In this document: positions 13,783-25,200 of the stretch, in pieces | Position numbering within the stretch: position 1 is the stretch's first letter | Layout of the letters: every line of letters starts with the position of its first letter | Origin: the human T2T-CHM13v2.0 reference genome, Homo sapiens | Reading direction: 5' to 3' | Length of the DNA: 64,000 bases | Assembly (NCBI GenBank): GCA_009914755.4 | Contig: CP068257.2 | Span: 27,872,001-27,936,000, forward strand | Made by a program: the position numbers and the translations under genes | Notes under the pieces: model-generated | What the model saw: only the letters and a program-made list of their open reading frames with translations | Told to the model about the DNA's origin: nothing | Databases searched by the model: none

Positions 13783-14828
13783 AGTTATTACCTTTAATTT
13801 CTTCACAATACTTCATGGTGTTTATCCACCATATTGTATCTCTTATATTAGTTAAGGTATGACTTAATACACAATTGCTAAACCTTTCGAATTTCAGGGG
13901 CTTATCAAACCATCTAATCAGTTAATAAAGTTGAAACAAAATTAATAGTTCAGAACATAGAGGTCCCCTCCACCCTATAATTTAGGGACCCAGGCTCTTT
14001 CCATCTTGTGGTACTGCAGTTTCATCACGTGCATCCCAAGGCTGCTCCAGGGCTTATCTCCATTCAAGCCATTGGGCAGGAGGAAAGAGCAGGGACATTT
14101 GCACTGGAGAGGGTTCTTTTTGGCAAAGCCTGTAAATTAGTCTACTGCATTCCAGCCAAACATTCTTTTGTTTTTTTGGAATGTAGTCATGGATTTATAG
14201 CTAATCTCAAGGCGATGCTAAGAAATATGCTTTTTGTGCATATTCTGGAGGAAGAGGAAAAAAGCTTGGTGAGGAGCCAGCAGTTTCTTCCATATGTATG
14301 TCCTGTGTCAGAAATTCATAGCCAGATTGCCTCTAGTTCCCTCCATCAAAAATAATGCTGCAGGGAACATCCCGTTTTGTACACTCTGTGGATCTGTGTG
14401 ACCATGTCTTTAGTTTCTACACCCAGGAGTGGAATTGCTGCACCGTAGGACATGCACAGACTAATTTAGACTAAGCGGTGCTAGTTGTACTCTGGATTGG
14501 CAATACCATCTGTACTTACCACCAATGTATGAGGATGCCTCTATCCTCACATCTTTGTCTACACTTCATGCTTCAGCTTTCTTTTTTTGGAAGACTAAGG
14601 TGTGTAAAGAAATATATCATTGCTGTTGTAATTTACATTTTTTCCAGTGGCTATTGATTTTGAACATCTTTTCATATGCTCTTATAAACCCTTGGATTTT
14701 CACTTCTATAAATTGTCTAGCAATATTCTTTGCTCACTTTTTCATTGTGGTTCTTGTCCTTTCCTTGAGTTGAAGAATATTGCTGAAATTGAATTGATGT
14801 ATTTATGCTCATTCTAAATGCTTATTAA

Positions 14829-15192
<364 letters not shown>

Positions 15193-15258
15193 CCCTGTTT
15201 GTTTGTTTACAGGATCTCATTGTATTGCCCAGACTGGCCTCAAACTCTTGGGCTCAGG
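15193..15258 (-). mobile_element. Alu fragment of about 65 bp, antisense, immediately adjacent to the preceding Alu
   Basis: ctgtttgtttgtttacaggatctcattgtattgcccagactggcctcaaactcttgggctcagg matches the 3' end of an Alu read in antisense. Confidence 0.75.
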
Positions 15259-15320
15259 CGGGAGTCTGTTCTCGGAGTGTTGTTGAGTAGGGAGTCAATT
15301 TTATTTTCTCCACATAAAAA

Positions 15321-15497
15321 ATCATTTTTGACCACATCATCTATTTTTGTTTTTAAATATTTTTAAAAAATTAACATATAAAGCAGTATTTATCATATAC
15401 AAAATCTATGTTTTGAAACATATATACATTGTGGAATGCCTAAGTTTAGATAATTAAGATATGCGTTACCTCAGAAAGTTATCATTTTTGTGGTTAG
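15321..15497 (+). repeat. Copy A of an unclassified dispersed repeat of about 175 bp. Copy B is at 18292-18466.
   Basis: gaccacatcatctatttttgtttttaaatatttttaaaaaattaacatataaagcagtatttatcatatacaaaatctatgttttgaaacatatatacattgtggaatgcctaagtttagataattaagatatgcgttacctcagaaagttatcatttttgtggtta is about 88% identical to 18292-18466 in the same orientation. Confidence 0.8.
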
Positions 15498-15747
15498 AAC
15501 ATTTATGACTGCATCATCTATTGAACCATCTGCCCTGTATTCACTAATTTATGGTTCTAGCCTTTTCATATATTAACTTCCCACATATTTGTGCATCTGT
15601 CTCTGAGCTCTATTTTGCCCTATGTTTAATTTGTCTTTTTTTTTTTTTTTTTTGCCAATACTATTCTGATTTACCTTTCTGTGCCTCTGAGATATGTCAA
15701 TATCAGGTACATTAGGTTTCCTCTTTCCTCTTCTTTTGAAAGATTGG

Positions 15748-16106
15748 TGCTATGGTTTGAATATGGTTGTTCCCACCAAAATTCACATTGAGGCTTAATC
15801 CTCAATGCAGCAGTGTTGGGAAGCCAGGCCCAGTGTGAGGTATTTGAGTAATGGGGGTGGAACCCTCATGAATAGACTACTGTCATCTCTCAGGAGTGAA
15901 TGAGTTCTTGTTCTTGCAGGAATGGATTAGTTCCCCAAGAACGGATTGTTATAAAGCAAGGCTGCTCCTTGTGTTTGGTGTCTTTGCACATGCCTGCTCA
16001 CCTTTCCACTTGACTCATTCAGTACAAGGCCTTCACCAGAAGCTGATACTAGATGCCAGTGCCATGCTCTTGGGACTTCCAGCCACCAGAATCATGAGCC
16101 AAATAA

Positions 16107-16142
<36 letters not shown>

Positions 16143-16196
16143 AAATTACCCAGTCTCGGGTATTCTGTTACAGCAACACTAAAAGGACTAAGACAG
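15748..16196 (+). mobile_element. ERVL-MaLR solo LTR (MST/MLT-like), interrupted by a 34-nt poly(T) at 16105-16138
   Basis: It starts tgctatggtttgaatatgg and runs ...ccaccagaatcatgagccaaataaccc[T34]aaataaattacccagtctcgggtattctgttacagcaacactaaaaggactaagacag, which matches the MaLR LTR termini (TGnTATGGTTTG ... AAATTACCCAGTCTCAGGTAT...ACAG). Confidence 0.75.
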
Positions 16197-18291
16197 CTGG
16201 TTTAGCTACATGTGGGCTTTTATTCTTTTATGTAGGTATTGGAGTATGTTGATCCAGTTTGTTAAAGAAATACCACTATAATTTTGACTCGGTTGCTGTT
16301 CGATTTGTAGATTAATTTGGAGACCAATACATCGTTATAATATAGTCGTTTCACCCCGGAGCTTGGACTTTGTCTTTACCTAGTCAACTCACCTTGTCCT
16401 TTATTAGCATTTTAAAATGGGATTGATTATGTTCTTGTGAGTTTTTGGTTAACTTAGTTTTAAGACAGTTTATAGTTTTTATTGTTATTATTAATAAGAT
16501 CCTGTTTATATTACATATTCCAAGTAGTTATTGTTGGTGTAGAGCAATGCTATTGATTTTTGTAGTTGGGTTGGCTGCATATCTGGCAACCATGATAAAC
16601 TCTCATTAGTTTCAATAGTCTATTGAGACTGTTGATTTGTCTGGGTAGATGATCACAACACATAGAAATAATAACATTTTATCTCCATAATCCTTATAAA
16701 TGCTCTCTTTTTTATAATAATTCCTTCTCTCTAGTGCTAGACTAAATAGTAGCTCTATTAATGAATATCCTTGTTTTGTTCTCCTTCCTATAGAAAATAC
16801 AATTAAAATTCTTATATGCATAATGTTTGGTGTCTTTAGATTTTAGTATTTAATCTTTATTATGTTAAGGGGAGTTTCTTTTGATTTTCCTCACATCAGA
16901 GACTTTCAAAATATTAGAATAGAAATAGGACTTTATTCAGTACTTTTATTTTCCTTGAGATAACAATACATCTTTTTTTCTTAAGTCTGCAAATGTGCTA
17001 TTATACTGGCCCACTTTGCACTTGAAAACTCCTTGCATTCCTGAGATACACCCAGTTTGTTCATGATATATTACGACCCTCAAAGATAATGCAAGTGTTC
17101 TTGCCACTGAATGCAGAACCACTGAAAATTAGGCCTACAAAAAGAGGGCCATAATTAATTTCAATCTTCTGTTTTATCCTCCATCTCTCTCCATATAAAG
17201 TTTCTAGGCACTTACATAAACTGCTTTTGCAAGTTTTTGAAACATTAAGACTCAGTTTTTAATAAAAATTATTTTTTCATTTTTAAATAATGAACATTTT
17301 GAAAAATTCAGAGAAGTAAGAAGAGGGAAAAAAGTCACTTAAATTACTGACATGAAAAGACAGGCTTACCAACATTTTAGTTCGGGTAGCTGCAACAATA
17401 AGATGCTTTTCCAGAAAAACTGTATTCAGATACCAGGTGGGCTGAATAGAAAAAAAAGCCAGAGACCAATACTAGCCACACCAATGGACCCTCTATTGTC
17501 AGCGTTTTCAGGGAGGGACTATTTGTTGAAGTCCCACAAAAGCCATGGGTATTACTCTTGTGTCTATTGTACAATATAAACAATGAGTAGTTCTTCCAGT
17601 TATGGTGCCAACTGGCTGAAGAGAGTTTGGGCTCAGCTTCAAGTCATATATCTCTTAATTACTTTAGTAGGGAATAAAAGAGACATGGATCAGCTGTAAG
17701 ACCTGGTGTGAGCTTGGACTCTGGAATAGCATTGAAGCCCAGCCCAGAATATTTTGAAATATCTGCTAAAGAGGCAGAACATTATGACATCCTTTCTGCT
17801 TTTTGGCCAAGTGATTCAACAAGTTCTATTAAAACATGTTGGGCATTTTTATTCATTGGTGTTCTCTCAAGAATGGGCAATAATCCTCTGGGTCTGAATG
17901 TGGCTTACATCTTCTTATGAATAATTTTGCATGTGGTCTTAGTTTTTATGTGATATCACAGAGCTTGTGGTAGTGATTCTTTATAATCCCTGCAATTCAT
18001 TTTGTGTATTTTCTTGCCTTGCTTTTTGTATATTGGAAGAAACCTGACCTCTCAGAATGTTCCACTCACTGACGTTCTCTGGCCCTGTGGCTTCTAGTTG
18101 GGTTTGTCCAGTGGGAAGTCTAATTGCATAATGTTCCATACCACTCCCCCTTCCCATCTTAAAGTGGTGTCAACAGAGGCTGTGTTCTTCTACTGATAGC
18201 CACAACTTCTATTTGGTGGGTATTTTATGGAAACATCATTCATTCTAGCTGCCCCTTCTGGCTTATGGATGTTAAATACCATAAGATGATG

Positions 18292-18466
18292 TGATTCGAC
18301 CACATCATCTATTTTTATTTTTAAATATTTTTTAATTAACATACAAAGTGTATTTATCATATATGAAATCTATGTTTTGAAACATATACATTGTGGAATG
18401 GCTAAGTTTAGCTAATTAACAAATGCATTACCTCAGAAAGTTATCATTTTTGTTGTTAATGCCATG
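18292..18466 (+). repeat. Copy B of the unclassified dispersed repeat of about 175 bp (see 15321-15497)
   Basis: cgaccacatcatctatttttatttttaaatattttttaattaacatacaaagtgtatttatcatatatgaaatctatgttttgaaacatatacattgtggaatggctaagtttagctaattaacaaatgcattacctcagaaagttatcatttttgttgttaa. Confidence 0.8.
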
Positions 18467-19562
18467 TTGTTAATGTTATCATTTTGATGTTAGTGCCAGC
18501 CCTTACTGGTTTGCCTAAATCTTGCCTTTACTTCTGTCAATAGTTATTTTAATAAACCCTCTTTATTAATTCCTTAGTGTGTCATGTATTTCATGGCAGG
18601 ACCCTGGATGGAGACTTGTTGATAGGACCAGATACACTCCACATATTGGTATATTTTGGGGCTTTCAGGATACTATAAGCTTAGGACAAAACCTTCCTGC
18701 TCTTTGGAAGTAGGTCACAGCTTATTTGGCTTTGATGTCCTCCAAAAAGGTGTGTTGCAATTTAAAGATGACATTGAACATGAGGCATCCCTATGAGAGC
18801 TTGGAGAAACATCATTTTATATGATTCTTTAGTGTGCAGGTCCTTTGACCACTGAATATTGTATTTTAATTGTGAGCAACATAAGGGAACCTCATGGGTG
18901 CCCATTGTTTCGCTATGATTTTATTTTGAAACAAGCTAGAGAGTCCCTGGAGGTGTTGCTTTCTCTTTGTATTGACTTCTGACTTAATAGTAATAATAGT
19001 AATAATAAAAAAGTAATATTTTGTCAGGCATGACATATGTACCCTTGATAGTCTCACTGATGATATGAGAAAACTGAGGTCCAGAGAGAAGTAAAGAAAC
19101 TTATTCAAGCTCACATGTGTAGTAAGCTGCTGAGCAGAGACTCATCCCAGTTCTATTTAATTTCAAATTCTGAACCTTGAACTTAGTTTCTTCTCCTTCC
19201 CCTTCTAGAATTCCCCCTGTTGATTTTATTTTACTCCTCTTCTCTCTCCCAGAAGCAAACTATAACATCAGAGACTCCACATGTATTAAAGTAGATATCA
19301 GAAGACATATTGAATTTCACTTTGATGACATTGTAGCTTTGAATAGTATTTATTACTTATGGATCCACATAAATCCTATTATAAAAGAAGAATTTTAGTT
19401 CTTTGTTTGCACCTCCATATCAATTTTCCAATTTGTTCTAGGTGGTTGACATTTAGAGTCAGAATCACTGGACTTCCTTGACCAGTGAGCCAAATATGGG
19501 TTCTGGTTGGATTAAGCCAATATGGGGCATGACCAGAGGTCAGAGACTTGGAAAAGAGTGAT

Positions 19563-22268
19563 GTGTTAGTTCATTTTCACACTGCTATAAAGAACTACCT
19601 GATACTGGGTAATTTATAAACAAAAGAGGTTTAATTGACTCACAGTACAGCAGCCTGTACAGGAAGCATGGCTGGAGTGCCCTCAGGAAACATACAATCA
19701 TGGCAGAAGGGCAAAGGGGAAGCAAGTACCTTTTTCACATGGCAAAGCAGGAGAGAGGGAGTGAAGGGGGAAATTGTACATACTTTTAAACAACCAGATC
19801 TCATGGGAAGTCACTATCATGAGAAGCAAGGGGGAAATCCACCCCCATGATCCAATCACCTCCCACCAGGCCCCTCCCTCAACACTGGGGATTACAAATC
19901 AACATGAGATTTGGGTGGGGACACAGAGCCAAATCATATCATTTTACCCCTGGTCCCTCCCAATCTCATGTCTTTCTCACATTTCAAAGCCAATTATGCC
20001 TTTCCAACAGTCTCCCAAAGTCTTAACTCATTCCAGCATTAACTCCAAAGTACAAGTCCAAAATGTCATCTGAGACAAGGGAAGTTCCTTCTGCCTATGA
20101 GGATGTAAAATAAAAAACAATTTAGTTAATTTCAACATAAAATGGGGGTACATGTACTGGGTAAATGCTCCCTTTCCAAAAGGGAGAAATTAGCTAAAAC
20201 AAAGAGGCTACAGGCCCCATGCAATTCCCAAAGCCAGCAGGGCAGTCATTAAATCTTAAAGCTCTAAAATAATCTCCTTTGACTCCACGTCTGACACCCA
20301 GGACACACTGGTGAAAGGGTTGGGCTCCCAAGGCCTTAGGCAGCTCCGCCCCTGTGGTTCTGCAGGGTACAGCCCCTATGCCTGCTTTTACAGGCTGGTG
20401 TTGAGTACCCGTGGCTTTTCCAGGCACACAGTGAAAGCTGTTGATGAATCTACCATTCTGGGGTCTGGAGGACAGTGGCCCCCTTGTCACAGCTCCACTA
20501 GGCAGTGCCCCAGTGGAGACTCTGTGTGAAGGATCCAAACCCATATTTTCCCTCTACACTACCCTAGTAGAAGTTCTCCATGAGGGCTACACCACTGTGC
20601 AGACTTCTGCCTGGACATCCAAGCATTTCCATACATTCTCTGAAATCTAGTCGGAGGCTCTCAAACTTCAGCTCTTGCCTTTTGTGCACCTGCAGGCCCA
20701 ACACCATGTGGAAGTTGCCAAGACTTGGGGCTTGCACCCTCTGAAGTACACAGCCTGAGGTGTACTTTGGCCCCTTTTAGCCATGGCTGGAACTGGAGTA
20801 GCTAGGATGAAGGACACCATGTCCTGAGGCTGCATAGAGCAGGGGTGTCCTGGGCCTGGCCCACAGAATTATTTTTCCCTTATAGGCCTCCAGGCCTGTG
20901 ATAGGAGGGGCTACTGCAAAGGTCTCTGAAATGTCCTGGAAGCATTTCCCCCATTTTCTTGGCTATTAACATTCAGCTCCTTTTCACTTATGCAAATTTC
21001 TGCAGCCAGCTTGAGTTCTTTCCTACAAAATGAGTTTTTATTGTCTGCCACACGGCTGGGCTGCTAATTTTCCAAAATTTTATGCTCTGCTTCCCTTTTA
21101 AATATAAATTTTCTTTGTTTATGCAGATGAGCATAGGCTTCTAGAGACAGCTAGGCCACATCTTAAACACTGCTGCTTAGAAATTTCTTCTGCCGGATAC
21201 CCTAAATCATCTCTGTCAAGCTCAAAGTTTAACAGATCCCCAGAGCAGGGGCACAATGCCAAGTCTCTTTGCTAAAGCATAGCAAGAGTGACTTTTACTC
21301 CAGCTCCCAATAAGTTCCTCATCTTCCTCTGAGACCTCCTCAGCCTGTACTTCATTGTCCATATCACTATCAGCATTTTGTTCAAAACCATCCAACAAAT
21401 CTCTAGGAAAGTTCCAAACTTTCCCTCATCTTCCTGTCTTCTTCTGACCCCTGCAAACTGTTGCATTCTCTGCCCATTACCCATTACCCATTCTCTGCCC
21501 ATTACCCATTACCCAGTTCCCAAGTTGCTTCCATATATTCAGATATCTTTTAGCAATGCCCTACTTCTCTGGTACCAATTTTCTATATTAGCTCGTTCTC
21601 ACACTGCTGCAAGTAACCACACAAGACTTTGTAACCCATGAAGAAAAGAGGTCTAATTGACTCACAGTTCCAGAATTTGTATAGAACACATGGTTGGGGA
21701 AGCCTCAGGAAACTTGCAATCATGGTGGAAGGGTGAAGGGGAAGCAAGCACCTTCTTCACATGGTAGGGTGGGAGAGAGAGAGTAAAGGGGTAAGTGCTA
21801 CACACTATTTTTTTGAGATGGAGTCTTGCTCTGTTGCCCAGGCTGGAGTGGAGTGGCAGAATCTTGGCTCACTGCAGCCTCTGCCTCCCAGGTTCAAGCA
21901 ATTCTTGTGTCTCAGCCCCCTAAGTAGCTGAGACTACAGGTGCACGCCACCACATCTGGCTAATTTTTGCATTTTTAGTAGAGGCAGGGTTTTGCCATGT
22001 TGGCCAGGCTGGTCTCAAACTCCTGACCTTAGGTGATCCACCCACCTTGGCTTCCCAAAATGCTGGGGTTACAGGTGTGAGCCACTGCACCCACCCTTAC
22101 ACACTTTTAAACAACCATGTCTTGTGAGAATTCACTCACTATCATGAGAACAGCAAGAGAGAAATCTGTCCCCATGATCCAGTTACCTCCCCCAGGTTCC
22201 TCCCCCTACACTGGGGATTATAATTCAACATGAGATTTGGGTGAGGACACAGAGCCAAACCATATCAA
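19563..22268 (-). mobile_element. Complete ERVL-MaLR (THE1/MST-class) element in antisense. It comprises a 3' LTR at 19563-19941, an internal region at 19942-21586 and a 5' LTR at 21587-22267. The 5' LTR is split by a nested Alu.
   Basis: Both ends carry the LTR motif revcomp(TGATATGGTTTGGCTGTGTCCC...ATAAATTACCCAGT...ACA). The left end reads tgtgttagttcattttcacactgctataaagaactacctgatactgggtaatttataaacaaaagaggtttaattgactcacag...gggacacagagccaaatcatatca. The right end reads gctcgttctcacactgctgcaagtaacc...ttaattgactcacag...gggattataattcaacatgagatttgggtgaggacacagagccaaaccatatca. The 1.65 kb between them is the expected size of a MaLR internal region. Confidence 0.8.
21807..22094 (-). mobile_element. 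Alu SINE, antisense, nested inside the 5' LTR of the MaLR element, with a roughly 8-bp TSD of TACACACT
   Basis: tttttttgagatggagtcttgctctgttgcccaggctggagtggagtggcag...gctggggttacaggtgtgagccactgcaccc is flanked by ..gctacacact| and |cttacacactttt. The LTR sequence resumes exactly after the insertion. Confidence 0.9.
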
Positions 22269-25200
22269 GTAAAATTCATGGTTCCATGAGCTTCATCTCA
22301 TCAGGACCTCATGTTTCCAATGAATGAATTTCTCTACTTCAGGCCATAGCTCCTGTTGGGTGGCCCTTTTTTTTAAGGGAGCCTGAAGATTCTAGTATTT
22401 GTCCCTTCCTCTTGCTCCTTTGTGCTTAGGGCTAGTGACAGATCCCCATTGTTGCTACCCTTGGACCTACCCTCCACTCAGGGAATAGGTCTTCATAACA
22501 CTGCCTCCATTGCCCCATTGACTGTGACAGTGGGTTCTTGCCATGATGTTCAGGTGAGAAAATCGTATGATTTGCCTAAAGTTAAAAAAATGAGTTAATG
22601 AAAGAATAAAACCCAGATTCCAGAATTACTTTTGACTCTTGAAAGAAAGATTGAAGTGGTCTAGCCAACCTTAAAGAATCTCATGGGGAGAAATAAAGTC
22701 AAAAATCTCACCTGAAGACCAACAAACATTCTGCAGTGCTCCAGCCAGCTTCTGAAGTATCTATCTCCTGTCCAGTTCCTTTAAAAGTCTCAGAGAACCA
22801 CCAAAGTAAGCTGAGCTGATGACCTTGGAACTCTTTTAGACAGTCAGCTATAGAGTTGACACCAAATCTTACCCATGGAAAAACAGAGCTTTAATACTAT
22901 TTTGATCATAAATAGATTTCCCCTGTTCTCACTAAAACTCTTCAGTGTTCTAGTTATACTCTCAGTAAAAGAAAGAATCTATTTATCCTTGGCTTAGCGA
23001 AATTACCACCTTTTCATGATTCATAGCTGCATAAATAATTTTTAACCATAAAAGCAATGTGATTTGGATTGAAGATTTTTAGAGCGCAGCTCAGGAATGG
23101 AAAACCTGTTGTCACAGGGCCACAATCTCATTCTCAATACATGTGAGGTGGAAAATGCCACTGTCGCTTCTCTTGATCCTGTGATTAAGGGTAATAATGT
23201 GTCATTTGGAAGATCTGAAGTGAAGAATAATGCACTTGTAAAAATGGTAGTTTGAAAGAAGATATTCATGACGAGCCCCAGCTCTTTCCTCTGATTAAGC
23301 TGTTCATTCTGTGCACATAGCAAAACTGTCCCCATGTGTCCCCATGCTGAAGAATCATGGGTATGGGGTCATCTCAGCTAGTTTGCTGCAGGAGCATCTG
23401 ATGGGGGAGTAAAATGCTCATCTTTCCTGCTTGAACACCTCATATTCTCTTAGACAAATTTGCTTGGAGCTCCCTGAATGTGATTAGTGATGGTGGTTGG
23501 GAGTACATCCTTCCCTCCTCCATAGGGAAAAGCCACCACTCTCCGATAGGTGGATAATGTGGAAGGACTCTCATGCTTGGCCCTTGGTAAATCTCTGCTT
23601 TTGTGGGCTGGGGAGTAGGAAAGGGCAGCAGGAGCATGGTTGCAGTGATGTAGACCTGAAAGATGAACCTGGCTGTGTGTTTTGTGCATTGTTTAGAAAG
23701 TGGGATACTCGAAGCTACCTTGCAATAAAACTGGCTAGGTGCTTGGTAGTTCTTACAGCTCATCTTTTTATCTTAAAGAGGCACAATATTTTAACCATCT
23801 TAGACAAATAAGAACCCCTGTAATCCTTTCAAGGAGGCAGCATTAGTAACCTTTGATAACTGATGTTAACATTTTATCACTACTGTCAGGAGGATCCAAC
23901 ACAGTCCCAATCTATTTCCTTCAGGTTACAGCATAAGCCCCTCCTTTTTCCTTCTCAGTGGCAACAGATCCACCCATGTCTACATGCCAGTCTATCACTC
24001 TTATAAATGTGGAGCTAGCTGCTCCTTAACTCATCCTAGGAACCCACTCTTCTTCCCTTCTCTCCATTCCTCCTTCCTTTCTTCCTTTCTTCTTCTTCTT
24101 CTTTTTTAGTTTATTAGTCCTGAATTTTTGAGTAAATGCATTTTGTGAGTGCATAGGTACTGTGCTAACATGTTATATGATTTTAAGGTATGAGTGAGAC
24201 TTCTATCTTTTATTTCACGAATGACTTCTGAGATATCCAAGGCAAATACAGACACTTCCACCTTAACAGAATCTCCTCAGACATGGATCCTTGCTTGGAA
24301 GATCTGATTTGTTTGTGAGTGTCTGGGAACTTGCAAAGTTTGTTACGTATTTTGGGAGAAAAATCAGATTTGAAAAATATAAAGAGGGAGATAGTGAGGG
24401 AAAATATAAATCCAAGTTCTCTTCAGGAAAATTTCAGAATGGGAGAGGAGAGGGTTGAAGGTTTATATTTGGGAGGTAATTTAATGGCCTTGGTTGGACA
24501 CACTTGTGCAGGTATAACATCTTGCATCGTGTGAACCAGTCACTGGGAGTGGTGGTGGAAAGGCTGATTTAGATGTGAAACAAGAGGCTTATACCAGTTG
24601 CCAACATAAACCAAATAACTTTAATATCAAACCATCTAAAGTCAGATAAAGATCACTGAAGAGACATGGGAAAAAATCAGGGAAAGTTTCATACAGTCAG
24701 TGGCATTTGATGTTGGGTCTTTAAGTCAAGTTTGGATCTGGAGAGATGGAGGTGGGAAGGGAGGGGAGGAAAGATGAAACTTCCACAAAAATGGGAAAAC
24801 ATGAGCCAGGTACACATGGAGATAATGGATTGTTCTGGTTCGATAAAATTAACCTGTTGCATGGCCTCTAATTCTCAGAAGGAAGTTAGAAGGAAATCAT
24901 CCAGGAAATCTGTATGATGAGATCATTAAACATTTCAGTGAAAAATACCCTTGCAATTAATTTCATTTGCAACATGCATGCTTATGAATCACTATATTTG
25001 TTGGGATGTTATGAAAAGGTCAAAATGAATTATATATTTGTTATGATTAGCTCAACATTCTAGCTGTCATTTGTTATTTTGGTTCCCTTGAGACAATGAA
25101 GACTCAGTTCTTATCCCTACATTGGAGTTTTGAGTGTCATTTTTTTAGAACTTTAATGAAAATGTTTCTTTTATCACTGTAATTTGGTTTATTATGCTTA

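Noticed and set aside
23042-23811. Cluster of four overlapping 79-107 aa ORFs on both strands, briefly considered as a possible small gene or overlapping-gene pair
   Set aside because: It shows no conservation-like features, no splice or poly(A) signals, and no similarity among the peptides or to known proteins. Overlapping open frames on both strands in a locally GC-richer patch are expected by chance.
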